Positions 50,512 to 62,689 of a DNA stretch of 64,000 nt are shown piece after piece; the first letter of the stretch is position 1; each line of letters begins with the position of its first letter. The notes below the pieces were generated by a model, which ran no database searches, was not told the origin of the DNA, and saw only the letters and a program-made list of their open reading frames with translations. Where the stretch lies: the NCBI GenBank assembly GCA_002633005.1, contig NMRA01000033.1:1292797-1356796 (forward strand). The letters are read 5' to 3'. A program made the translations under genes and the position numbers. Source of the DNA: Phoronis australis (lineage: Eukaryota > Animalia > Phoronida).

Positions 50512-51347
50512 CCAATTGCTGTGTTAACGACAGAGTTCTTAACTGTTACTCCACTATGGTCAAGAATTCATCAACAAGCTGAAGTATCTGGTGACGCGTT
50601 GCCGCCTTTTCGCCATTCATAAAGTACAAGGATGTAATCATGCAAAGCAAGTTCGCATGTTCATGGTATAAGAATGTTCTACTTCCTGAAAACAGCTGCT
50701 GTCCTGTTCTGAGTTCCGTGGAAGCAAGAATCTGTCGAAGGTAGCTACTCTCAGTTACAGCACCAACTCGTGTCATTGGAAAAGAATGTACTAGTGCCCG
50801 TTCGTACAAAACAGTCCCAAATAAGTACTCAACTAAGTTCCCTATATTTACTAGCACTGCGCATGTGTAAACTTGTGCAAACACTGGTGTCCTTTCTTAC
50901 GTCGTTTTAGTTTCATTACAAGTGAGTCAATTTTTGGCTTTGATACAAATACAGAAGTTAAAAATGCCAGTCTGTGTTTATATTAAAGAAACTTAGGTCT
51001 CACTTTTTAGTTCTATTATTAGAAAATGACATTCGTAAAAAAGATAAAATGATAGAAAAAAAATCCACCTGTGGGTAAAGAACGACACAAATACGCAAAA
51101 TATTTAAGGAACTCAGCTGAGTCCCTATTTGGGACTGTTTCATGCAACCGCGCAAACGAAGCTATAGAGTTCACATGAGTAGTAGTATATATCTCTCAGC
51201 GTTATTTTTACAAGGGCCCTTTGGAGGTGCCGAGACAAAATCACGCCAACAGGGAGAAGCACCTGCCTGATCCTCGTCATTTTGTTTTGAGCAGCTGAAG
51301 AAAAGGACATTTCGTCGCTATCTTGTTTGTACTGTAACCAAGTAGTG

Positions 51348-52351
51348 CAGTGGCGGATCTAGGATATCACAAGGGGGGGGCCCAACATTTTGTCCGGCTG
51401 TAAACATTTGCGCAAACTGAACCACGATTGTAGATGCGCATAGCACCAAATGGGGGGAGGTCGGGAGGGGGATTGGCCCCCCTCCCGCCCAGGAAATTTT
51501 TCCGTTTTGACCTCGAAAAATCAAGTATTTTCCTTGATTCCTGAAGTATTAACCAAGAAAAAAAGGCAAAAAAAACCACGGAGATCGTGTCAAAAACTGA
51601 GCGTACCAAAGACTCGAACTCACGACCTCGCCCATAGAGCGTGCGTGCGTTACCACTACACCACCACGATTCAGCTACTAATCTCATCCTAAGAGACCTA
51701 CTTGTTTATGGACCACAGCGTTTGCGCGCGAAACCTACTTCTTTTTGTAATGCTTATTACACGTTTTGTGCCATCGATTCTTAACAAATTTGTCGTATTT
51801 AAAATAGTCTTAAAATGCCCAAAAAACCAAATCCGTTATTCGTGTTGGCAATAATGACCGGGGATTGCTTTGGAAATCGTCTTAACATAAAGTTTGACAA
51901 AGAGAGTATTGCGAGTTTCTGAGTGATTCACTAAGGCTTCTATTAAAATTCCCATCTTACCAGCAGCTTCTGTTTTTTCATCGTCACTCAGGTTCCATTT
52001 TCTTTAAAAAATGAAGTACATTTTCTTCATTGCACAGTGGAGCAGACGACGGAAACTGAGTCGTAGTGCGCAGCGCCACTGCCGGTCGCTTGGGATATCG
52101 CGGGAGAGCCTATACTTAGCCATAGTTCCGTTACGAATGCGCCGTGTTCCGAATTTGACACTTGAAATTGGATTTGAGCCCCCCCCCCAACACTAAAACT
52201 GCACACATTTAAATCTTTTTTCATCCGTGTACTTTTAATTACCGGGGTTAATTAATAAACTCAACATTTATTTCCCTACGATCTTACTGTTTTATTTTTT
52301 TTTTGCGGCAGCCAAGGGGGGGGGCCGGGCCCCCCCCTAAATCCGCCTATG
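51348..52351. mobile_element. 1004-bp CAGTGGCGGAT-ended element, 5-bp TSD, with an internal tRNA-like module
   Basis: CAGTGGCGGAT / ATCCGCCTATG ends, TSD TAGTG on both sides. Minus-strand TGGTGTAGTGG...GAGTTCGAGTC at about 51610-51668. Confidence 0.85.
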
Positions 52352-52689
52352 TAGTGAAGTCGCAATCAGAAAAAGCGAAAAGAACGCCGTGTCACATGAT
52401 CTGAAAATGAAACATCCTGTGTTTGATGGCTTTGAAACCGACAATAATCGTGGTTTTATATAGTTATTGACACATGACGTCAGCACCTGGGGTAGTGGCT
52501 ACATGTAGAGCAAATATTTGGATAACAAGAGCTGTCTGCTGGACTGAATATTTATCTATGTTCCTAGAACCTCGGAGACATTGCTTCTCTTCCAATGGGT
52601 TGATGTAAAATGTTAGTGGCGGAAACTTTGGTTACGTCACTGTCTTTGAATTTTCAAGGGCTATGTACTCACATTGTCCTCAAAGTATT

Positions 52690-52830
52690 GGAAGTCTGCG
52701 CGGACAAGGAATCTCGTGAAAGCATGCCAGGTTTTGCGAACTTATAAACGAAAAACGCGATTTCGTCGTCCAGCCAAGATCCTGGAAGGAGTTCGGGAGA
52801 TAAACAGCGGACGAATTTCGCACCAATCCA
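52690..52830 (-). pseudogene. Possible Ulp1/SENP-type protease fragment (probably transposon-borne)
   Basis: LLPGSWLDDEIAFFVY resembles the L.p..WL.D.ii.fy start of Ulp1 domains. No intact ORF. Confidence 0.35.
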
Positions 52831-54946
52831 ACTACCGCTGTGGCCCCTAGAAGGATTTTTTTTTTTGCTCATGCCTCTGTATCTTCAGATTTTATCAATG
52901 GATTTTCATGAAATTCGTTTAACAGATTTCTATAAAGAGAAAACTATGCCTTTCCGTTTGCGAGCAGATACGACGTATGTTGCCATTTTTGTATTTTTTT
53001 AGTCCGCTTTTGCCGTCCGCCTCTTCATTTGCCAAACCATGTATATCGTTCATGCGTAGTGTGTCGTGGATCCGAGACTGCGGCTCCGTTTCATAAAAGT
53101 TTAAGTCTCGAAAAGTCTTAAAGTTTGATTGTTGGCATGACGTCAACAGCATTGTTCAACAAGCGCAACGTGACATGTTCGCACACCTGACCTGTCGGTA
53201 ACGACCACATTTTGTTAATCATAAAACACAACAGACTCAAAAAAGAACGGGGATTGATGAATACCGCGAGACTGGTAATATCCTAGTAATCACGTCCACG
53301 AGTCAAACAACATGTCGTGGAAATCGTCACTTCTGAAGTCCGTTAAAAAAGAATTCAGCAAAAGACAGTTTGCAAGAACGGGAAGCGACATAATTTATCG
53401 AAAGCAGAATGGTTGATTGGGATTACTTTTCATCCCGGATATTACAAGACAATGACATGCTTTTTCGTCTGAAAATACAGCCTCTGGTTACATTTGGAGA
53501 TAATCTGATCGGAATCTAAGTAAGATAATGCACAAGTGCTGGCTTACGAAGTTAATAGGAATACCTGATGACGTCTGAGCCTTCCCATGCACTAAAGAGA
53601 CTCTCAGCTGATACGTTTAGATGTAGAAAAACAATAGGATGGACTCTGGCGTAAACATTTATTACAGGTCTCGTGACAGAAAGGTTCACTAGTAATGGAA
53701 AAACTTTGCCTAGCTCAAAAATGACATGACACTGGTAATTTCTGTACACGACTGAGCACATCCGCGAGTTATTCCCAAATCACAAGGACACTGAAGAAGG
53801 TACAATCGCCAGACGCCAGTGTTTTGCTGAAGCACTTTCTTTAAAATTACTGCCAACACACAGAGATGCCTTTATCAAAACAGAAATTGATTACACCACG
53901 CCGAGTAACGCTCACATTTCTGATCACGTGATCAACAAGACACAAGTAGAAGTACGAATCTTTTGAGTTTATTTGAGCGATAATAAATAGAAGTTAATTT
54001 ACAAAAAAGTCACAGGTACGCAGTCAGAATTCACGCTTCCACAATGTAGATTAAGTCAGTATAAAAAACCCAGAAACTATACAAAAGGTGACGTGCTATA
54101 CAGACTAAGTGACAACGCAGGCGGAGGGCTACGAGCTCATCTGGATAGATGAGCTGACATCTCACGTAAACGCGTCAAAATACGACACTTGCAAGAGCCA
54201 GCCCCTAAACCATTCAACTGCTCGCGCATTGACGTCAGCCGAGAGCTCAATTTTCATTTGATGCAGCCACCCAGCTGAGTTCGTAGCTCTTCATCTGTGA
54301 TAAACCTAAAGCATACAAACCAACTAACCTCGTAGGAATGAGACAAGACGCATAACACCTTTACAGAAATGCACCTTTTCTGCTCGATTAGGTGGTGCTG
54401 AATGACAGTCCTTATTTAATAGCGAACAGATTGATAACACAAAGCAGTTGGTCAGCATGGCAGTGTACGTGCGTTACGAATGACTACCTACACACCTGCA
54501 TTGATAACAGGACATACACACCTGCATTTATAAAAGGACAAGCGTCCCAAGGAGAAAAGAGTGAAAGAGGTAGTGTTTGAGAGATTAAAATGCCGTATAG
54601 ATAGTGGGTTACCGCAGTATTTGTTGAATGATTGGGTTTGGTATAAATGTTCTTTTTGTATGCTTTTTGTACGGCCACACAACCGGTCTGTGTGCCATGC
54701 AATGCTAGCCTAGTTTTTTTTATATCATTGTTTTAGGGTCACTTACTGTCACGGTTGTTAGAGTTGTTAGATCTTATACTTGATTGCGTATGAAATAGAT
54801 TATGTTTGGCACATTCCGTGTATTATGTAGTGTGCACGAGTTAGGTGTTTGGTAACTAGCTGTATTCTTTTTATTTTAGTTTTATTTTTGTTTCAATCAC
54901 GACTTGCATCTATGTACAGTGTACCTTAGATCTGAGAAAGGGGGAG

Positions 54947-55467
54947 TGTGACGGGAGCGCCGTCTATTGATGGAGCCGTGAGTGAGGACGAGTCGTCAGT
55001 TTAGTTCCAGAAGCTAGAGTGTGTTATTGTATTTTAAAGGGGTGTAAGATGGTCAATTCCTTATATGGAACTTCCGATGACGAATTTTTTAGTTCTGTTC
55101 TGATTGGTTTTCCCATTTATCTTGAGACCCTTACTTTAGCGTAATTTGGAATATTCGCGGTGCGAATAAGCCTATAAAAATGGGCCCCTCCCGCTAAAAC
55201 TTTGGATTCTGCCGGGTCTCGACTCTATCCGCAAGGAATCCCAACCAAGCAAACTAACTGTTTGGGCCTTTTAAATTTGGACTTTGACATTTTTCAGCGA
55301 ATTCCTCTTGTTCGTCAATTCTTTGGGTTATAAGTTAAAGCTGCGATGTCGACGGAAGTTAGCAATGAGTTGTAAGTTTGTAGATTTGTGTTTCATATAT
55401 ATTGCATAATAAAACTCATTATATTTATCTTCTTCTCTCTTGTCTCACTCTCTATAAGATGTCACCA
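54947..55467 (+). mobile_element. LTR of a Ty3/gypsy-like retrotransposon
   Basis: TGTGAC...GTCAC(C)A ends, TATAAAA near 55173, AATAAA near 55408. A PPT (GAGAAAGGGGGAG) lies immediately 5' and a TGG-initiated PBS-like sequence immediately 3'. Confidence 0.7.
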
Positions 55468-55699
55468 TGGTTCTCTCGTATGCGATTCGAACGAGTGAAA
55501 AAGTACACAACGCTGCAAAATTTTTATCGGCTATGACAAACAGTCGACATTTTAGAAACTAAGTAGATCGGTGCTGGTTGCTCCCCCGATTCCCGTTACA
55601 CTAGCCAATCAGAAGGTTCTGCTCTAATCTTGTCCCAATATTGTCACGGACCACTACTCAGCAGGATACCGGAAGTAGCCCAATGTCTTTTGGGGGAGA

Positions 55700-56090
55700 C
55701 GTACTCGCACTCTGTTAGCAATGTGGTCAAAGGTGCTCGCTCCAAGAGGAAAAGACGACTATACTAGAGAAGGTCACTTAGGGTCAATGAATTACATCAC
55801 AGGCAGCTGTACACACGGACTGCCAAAGACTGGGAGGTATAAAAATTTATAAAGCAAATTTAATAGAAGAAAGGTAGCTCTGCTGGAGAAATCATGTCCA
55901 AAAGATCCGATACCCTTCCGGAAACAACTGTACAATTGTCCAAACAGCCGGCGTAAAAATAGACCACGCATTCCGGTTGAGAGGTGGAGGAAAGACTTTT
56001 CGGAACTTTATAGCCCTTTTGCAAGAGCTCGTGACGAGACGTGGGCCAGTGATATCGAATCATTTTTGTCTGATAGACAATTCATTATCT
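55700..56090 (+). mobile_element. Decayed LINE ORF2 tether fragment
   Basis: IPVERWRKDFSELYSPF...WASDIESFL resembles the I....W..hF..L pre-RT motif. Confidence 0.35.
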
Positions 56091-56829
56091 TACCCTGAGT
56101 ATCAAACCCGATCAAGGATTGTATCGAAAAAGAATTTTCTTATAAAGGTGAATAATATTCTATTTATTAAACTTAAGTGGTATAATTGTTTTGATTAAAG
56201 TTATAGATCACTGTCAACCACTGATGCAACAAGCTCAAAGGCAGTAAAATAATAAATGTTATTTCACAATCACTTTTCCATATAAAGTGGCTGCAGATCT
56301 TCGGTAGTTGTCCTGTTATGTCTTATATTCATAGAATTTGATGATTACATGGTTCCTTATGAGATCTTGTATACAAAAATGTATCATAATCTGGAAGTTA
56401 TTACTAATTCCTATGTATCTATAGTGCCACTCATAGTCCTTCATACATGCTCACTAGTATATTCAAGACTATATAAAATTGATCAAAAGTTTTTTTATCG
56501 CATATTTTGTTTAGGTCGATTTTTCATTTCAGTCACCTCTTAACAACACGTTCTCTTAACCACCTTATCCAAGGGAGACTAAAGTCTTCAAGGTCGAAGT
56601 CGGCGACCGTTACTGCTGGCATGAAAGGCGCTACAAGGTACATTTGTTTCAAAATGGTGCCTTGCATTATTTTGCCAGAGCGTTGCTAGATCATGAAATG
56701 TTACTTAAGTTCAAGTGCGGATGTAGGGTGGTCCACAACCCGCTCCCCTTTTAGCCAGAGCGGTAAACAAAACCACGGGAAAAATAAGATTTTAGTGAAT
56801 TTCTGCAGACTGATTACAAGAGAAGCCAT

Positions 56830-58150
56830 GACAGATTCAGGAAAATGTTAGAATGACTTGTTCCCCGGCAGCTTGGTGGCAATGATGAAAGCTCTGACAG
56901 TGACAATGAACCACTAGCGCATTTGATTAACCAGTCCGCTCCCGGCACTAGTGAAAAGTTAACTAAAAAGCAGCATTTCAAGTGGCGGAACAAGACTTTG
57001 AACCTGGCGATATTACAATCACGGGTTCAAGTCATGAAACACACCTTGATGGAGAGATTCCATCGCCGTACAGATATTCCAACAATTCATGTGTCGAAAT
57101 GATCGACGCTTTGACAGAAAGTAGCAACGTCTACACCAAGCAGAAAAATGGCGTACCTAGTAATAAAACTACCGAAAGGGATGGAACAGGCTATTGGGAT
57201 CTAGTTACGCATGGGAAACGTTAAAATGCCAGGTAGTAGCATCTATTGGGAAACCAGATATCCACCCGATGCTGATGCAATGTCGCGGAACAAGTTCCAG
57301 GACATTCTTTCGTCAATCCATTTAGTAAATAACCTATCAGTAACCGACGAAGAGAAGAAAAACAAGTTGTGCAAGGTGAAACAGGTTTCTTGAAAATTGC
57401 TTCAACCTTACCCAAGACGAACATAATTCTGTCGACGAGACGAAATTTCAGCGTTATAAAGCAATATGTACGGAACAAACCACATCCTCGGGGCTTCAAA
57501 ACCTGGGCCAGAACATCAGTCACTTCTTTATGATTTTGAAGTTTGCCGAGGCAGTCAGCGCACCTTTAAAGCCGAGCTGGATCTGTGTGCGGATGTTGTT
57601 TTGAATTTGTCAGCAACTCTGCCATACCGTATCCATGGGTGCAGTCTCAAAAGAGAAAAGGAAATGAAAAAAAAAACAAGGAAGAGGTTCATTTGAAGAA
57701 AAAGTCGAGATATACGTTGTGCACTGGTATGACAACAAGCCAGTATGTTATTTCACCTTTTGTAGGTGCTAGTCCAACTGATAATGTCAGAAGATGAGAC
57801 AAGAGCTTAACTCCCATGTCCAAATTCCAAAGCCATTTTGTGCCACCCAGTACAATAAGTTTATAGGTGGTGTTGACATGTTGGATACTCAGCAAAGTAC
57901 CAGTACGGCATCACATCCAGAAGGTGGTATCTGTACCTTTTTGGCACACTATATCCTTTGCTGTTGTTAAAACGAGTTTCACTCTTCAAAAGCCCAACGG
58001 TGAGCTCATGAAGCTGAGAACATTCCAGGTCCAAACTGTCACGTCGCTGATCGTGTGCAAAGCTCACATGCCATCTTTAGATGAGGTTAAAGCCCCACAA
58101 CCTGCACCAGCAAAGGTGACTAGAAATGCAGTTGTTCCGGGCATTTTTAT
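56830..58150 (+). mobile_element. Decayed piggyBac (PGBD3-like) transposase
   Basis: MG.VKMP...YWETRYP..ADAMSRNKF..I...IHLVNN, KQYVRNKPHP.GFK.W, LYDFEV, WYDNKPV and YNKFIGGVDMLD, with stops and frameshifts. Confidence 0.88.
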
Positions 58151-58211
58151 ATGATAGCCTGATACGGAAAGTCAAGTTATCAAGCTTTATTTACAAATCT
58201 ACTATTTCTTC

Positions 58212-58560
58212 AGCTCATGTCGAAATTAGTGAGGAAGTTCTCGAAATGGCGAAACAATGAGCTCATCTCCTTTTGTCGCTTGAAGGCAATTGTATGGGTA
58301 TGAGTGCCAACGAATAACACCATACATACACTAACAAATAATAGTCTACTATGTCCCACAGCTTGTAGGCTGCGCATGGTGGATTGCATAATTTCATTGT
58401 ACAGGGCATTGAAAAGCTCAACCACATAGTTAAAAGCATACACACAGAAATCCAAGAAATGTCGAGCCTGTTTAGATGTTGTTCGAAAACCATGGAGAAA
58501 GAGTCGTCTTGCTGGTCAAGAGAGAAGCTGCAGTCTGACGCAGAATATTGAGCTCATACA
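58212..58560 (+). mobile_element. RAG1/Transib/Chapaev-like transposase C-terminal remnant
   Basis: GYECQRITPYIH..IIVYYVPQLV / HGGLHNFIVQGIEKLNHIVKSIH parallels RAG1 KITNYFHKTLAHVPEII..GSIGAWASEGNESGNK. One stop and one frameshift. Confidence 0.6.
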
Positions 58561-59539
58561 ATTTTATATCAATGCAAGAAAGTTGAAGAAGTCATGCTGA
58601 TTTACAAGATTCGTCTCAAATGGTTCACTTATGTCTTCACCAGAAGTTAAACAAAAAATTAAGCAACTCTGCTTAAAATGACGTTAACGAAGTAAAACGA
58701 AACTCGGACACTTCCTGAAAGTTCATTTGGAAGAACTGTGCCAAAATGTATTGGCATGTTGTCCACTTCTTAATCGGCAGAATGAATCTGACGATTAAGC
58801 TAAGAATTCTTAGAAAGGTATTGAGGCTCTAAACCACGGTCATCTGGTAATTTTAATGGTTGTTTCAGTGCATGTAGTACTAGAAAGAGACATATTTTTC
58901 TTCTTGGTAGTATTATGTTGAGGGCGTCATTACTTGTTTTGTTGATTTCAGCACCTCTTGTGCTAATGTACTGTGTAGATCAACTCGTTCAGTGATAATA
59001 TCTGATATCTGCTGGGCGCAATTGGGTGGTCAGTGAGGGGAGTTGGCTTTCATTCATATTTGTTGCATCTTACCTTCCTCAGCCTTATTTTTAATTGATG
59101 TTGATTGCTGTGTATATCAGAATGTCAATATGCATGGTTTACATGAGTTATGTCAGTACCGTCATATTTAGGTCCATTGCCAGTGACGGAACGTGGAAAT
59201 GAACATATTCTGGGGGCTGTCGACCAATTTACAAAATGTATAGAGTGTCGTCCGGTACTCGATCAACGGGCGCAGGTGAGGGTTGATCAAGTATTGTCGC
59301 GTTACGGATGTTCACTACAAATGTTCTAGGACAGGGGTTCGAATTTTCAGAGTGAAGTGTCTAGATCGGTGCGTACTCGTTAGGGTTTTCACCAAAGTCA
59401 TACAACGCCGTATCGACCTAGCGCCAGTGGTCAAGCGGAAAGGGTAACCGGACCTTAATGAACGTAATTCGGTGTTACGTGCGCGACAGTCAGAATGACT
59501 GGAACCTCCAACTCTCGCAAACTGTGGGAGTTATTTGAG

Positions 59540-59744
59540 CGTGTGTAAAGCATTCCACGTTTGCCAAAGTACTTTCAATGAATAGCTGTTTAGGTGTAAC
59601 CATTCCTTCAGAACGCAAACCATGATTGTTCCACAGCTCAGTGAAATCTTTTATCTGCTCATTGATCCTAGGGACGAATATATATTGAAGAGCCCATCGG
59701 TGATTATTATTGTCAACACTGAGCATCTGAATTCCTTCTTCCAT
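59540..59744 (-). mobile_element. Integrase-core fragment (IS3EU-like DNA transposase)
   Basis: LSVDNNNHRWALQYIFVPRINEQIKDFTELWNNHGLRSEGMVTPKQLF matches the F...WN.H.lr.....tP..L pattern. Confidence 0.6.
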
Positions 59745-59754
59745 ATGCTATGAT

Positions 59755-60000
59755 GTTGTTAATTCTGAGATTGACCGTTTGGTTTGTGATGGCATTCTCG
59801 AACTCCTACTGAGGTACGCTTTTGGTCAATATCGTGAAATTCAACGGTCAAATCAGAATGTGTGATGATTGTGTTACTGTGAACTAGGTTCTAGACGAGC
59901 AACATTGCAAAATTCCTACCGCTGATGATTTATTTTGTCAAGTTCTAGATAACAAGTGTTACAGTAATTTGAATCACAAACTATAGTTTCATAGTATCAC
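59755..60000 (+). mobile_element. Ty3/gypsy RT N-terminal fragment
   Basis: VNSEIDRLVCDGILE, IVKFNGQIRMCDD..TVN.VL and IPTADDLF. Confidence 0.7.
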
Positions 60001-60046
60001 TGGTAAAACTCCAGCTGAAGAGAGAACCTAGGTGTCGTTTTTCGAC

Positions 60047-61100
60047 TGGTTTGAGAGCACCGATAGAAGGGAAAGCTCAAAAACAGCCGACAGGTGGCAG
60101 AGGGAAAGAAGCGCACCAATTACTGTGGCTGTGCAGTAAAAGACAGTGGTGGAAATCTAGATGCAATGGGACAGGCTGTGTGGGTCTTTCTCTTCAAAAA
60201 CTCACACTGTTCTTTGCTAGGCCAATATTTAACCAGTAGAGAAGAGGGAAAGTACTAATCATATAGCCAAGCTTATCGGGACAGGTTTGAGAACACTGGT
60301 GGAAGAATGGAAAGCTCAAAACCGGCCGACAGGTGGCAGAGGGAAAGAAGGCATAAATTAGTATGGCTGTGCAGTAAAAGACAATGCTGGAAATCTAGAT
60401 GCAATGGAGCGGGCTGTGTGGGCCTCTTTCACTCATACACTGAGCATAGATGACTGTCCACAAGGAAAGGAGTCTTGGCCATAGCTGAAGGTGTAGTCCC
60501 TCGCCCTCATTCCCATCCTCTTCCAAGGGACTTCTGCCTTGCTATGGTGCTTCTCTACAAGAGACTGGGTGACGAGCACTTACTAAAGAGATACCTGTAT
60601 GAGAAGACATGGAACTCAAATGAAGCTTTTCACTCTGTTCTGTGGCGGACATGTCCAAATGAGCAGTAGGCGTCAATGCGCACTGTCAACACAGCCACTT
60701 GTGTTCAGATATACAACAAGGATTCCCCTGCTCTGTTAGATGTCCAGCTGGAAATGTTGGTGGGAAATGTGTCCAAACACATGTTGAAAGAGAAGACTTG
60801 AAGAAGATCTGTTCAGCTAGTAGAATAAGCATGGACAAGACACAAGGCCATAGAGAGTGTGCACTGGCAAGATCGAGCCCGTCAGTTAGCTACGGAGGGT
60901 GCAACTTATGGAGCTGAACAATTTTAAATGGTTGAGTTATTGCCATATTGTTTAGCTAGACTGAGTAAACAGATTTCCAAGCTCAGGAATAAAAATAAGA
61001 AATGATATTGGATGGGAAGTCATGTGTTTCTTAGTCTAAACTTGATTGGCACATTTGTAAGATTAGCGTTTTTCCGCTCACTTCCGTTCTTGTCCCCCTA
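60047..61100 (+). mobile_element. Decayed Kolobok-type transposase 3' part and probable right end
   Basis: GGRGK, YGCAV..NAGNLDAMERAVWA, CP.G..S, LGDEHLLKRYL..KTWNSNEAFHSVLWRTCP. Ends GTCCCCCTAA (near CCCCTTAA). Internal ~238-bp duplication (60047 vs 60285). Confidence 0.65.
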
Positions 61101-62396
61101 ATGAAAATGTGTTGGAGAATGATGCTGTACACACTACAAAAGTGACACTTTGGGGTTAAAATAGACTGAGGAGTGTTAAAATATATCTTTAAAGTTTGTA
61201 TCTCTGATAGTTTAGGACTTAAGAGTCATTTTCTCCAAAAAATTGTATGACTTTTATTTTCAAATGAAATTTTTTTCTGCACTTACCAGCCTAAGACATT
61301 TTTCAATTAGTTTTTGTAATAATTTTTGGGGGGCAAAATTGCTAATTTCATGTCTTTAATTACCTTTGTAGCATGACCCCCATTCCATGTACAGCATCAA
61401 ATGTTCGTTCTACTCATCTGCTTGAGTTTTACTTAATATGCTCCAAATTTGCTGTAGCGCGCCACCTTATGTGAGGCCCAGAGAACGAAGATACCATGAT
61501 GTAGAGCAGACATCTTTTACAGCAATTCCCTGGTGGCCCAAGCAAGCAACATTGGGGGGACAGGATGAAGTTAAACTGTGTGCTATTGTATTGCTAGCGT
61601 ATTGCTAGAACTACATGGCTAGTCCACTACATCCAGTATGATAAAAATCCGTAAGAGCAAGGCACTAATACAGACAAGACCATGTTTAATTTGAACATAC
61701 AATCAGACGTTAAGACAGGAAACAATAACTTCCACTCAGCAGGTGGGATTTGAAGCAGAAACATTGAATTTCTCTTTTTAAAAACAGAAATTCGAGACCT
61801 CTACTGAAGACTAGCATACAAACATCAAGAGATGTTTTGCCTAAGGTTGCGTGCTCAGTCTAAACAGCAATGGCCATGTTATTGTCAGCGAGACACTGTA
61901 TACTTAACATAAAAAAATATTGCACCTGATGGTAACTTAACCAAACTTCTTCACATTCAATAGTCACTTGAATGAAACATTTCAGGGTGATCCCACAGAA
62001 TTTTTGTACCTTCCTTTACAAGGAAAAATATTGAATAATAGAGCATTCCTTCAATTTGTTGATCTGGTCAACTCAATTTTTTGCCCCCTTGAGATGAAAA
62101 TGTAGAAAGAGTCCCCCTCTCAGTAGAGTTTAGTGGAAACTAATAGCATGGTATTTTTGTGCGTAATGGAGAGAACAAACACCGTGGAATCACCCTTCGA
62201 TGAACTGTGCGCCAGGGAAAAATCCAATTGACGACCATGTCAGCTACAACAGGTGAACGCCTTTTCATAAAACAGGTCTCTGATCTTGGCCTCCCAGGAC
62301 ATGACAGAGGAACATCTAACTAGCAGTTGAAATTATCTCACTTCATACTGACAGTACAAAAGATAACAAGCCCCCAAGGACTACCTTTCACATGTG

Positions 62397-62521
62397 TTAT
62401 GACCCATTCTGATTAAACTGCACTGAGTAGCCGCCCGTGTTGGGGTCCTGCTGTAACTGGAAATTGTCTGTTGATAGACCAAATGGCTTCAGGACCATGT
62501 TACCTAGCTCCTTCAGTTTAC
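62397..62521 (-). CDS. TTC1: Last coding exon of tetratricopeptide repeat protein 1
   Basis: Acceptor ttgttcaacag, then (G)[40 protein letters not shown], closely matching the conserved TTC1 C-terminus. Missed by the ORF track. Confidence 0.9.
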
Positions 62522-62689
62522 CTGTTGAACAAACACACAGCAGTTAGGAATGTTGATAATAACAGCAGAAAAAGGCAGAGCTGTAACTCTACTAGAAACA
62601 GCTTTATTGTCTGCTAAGTCTGTCTTGGGTTTATGCCAGACCCTAGAAAATGTCCAAAAATTGGACAACTTTTAGAACATCACATCTCG

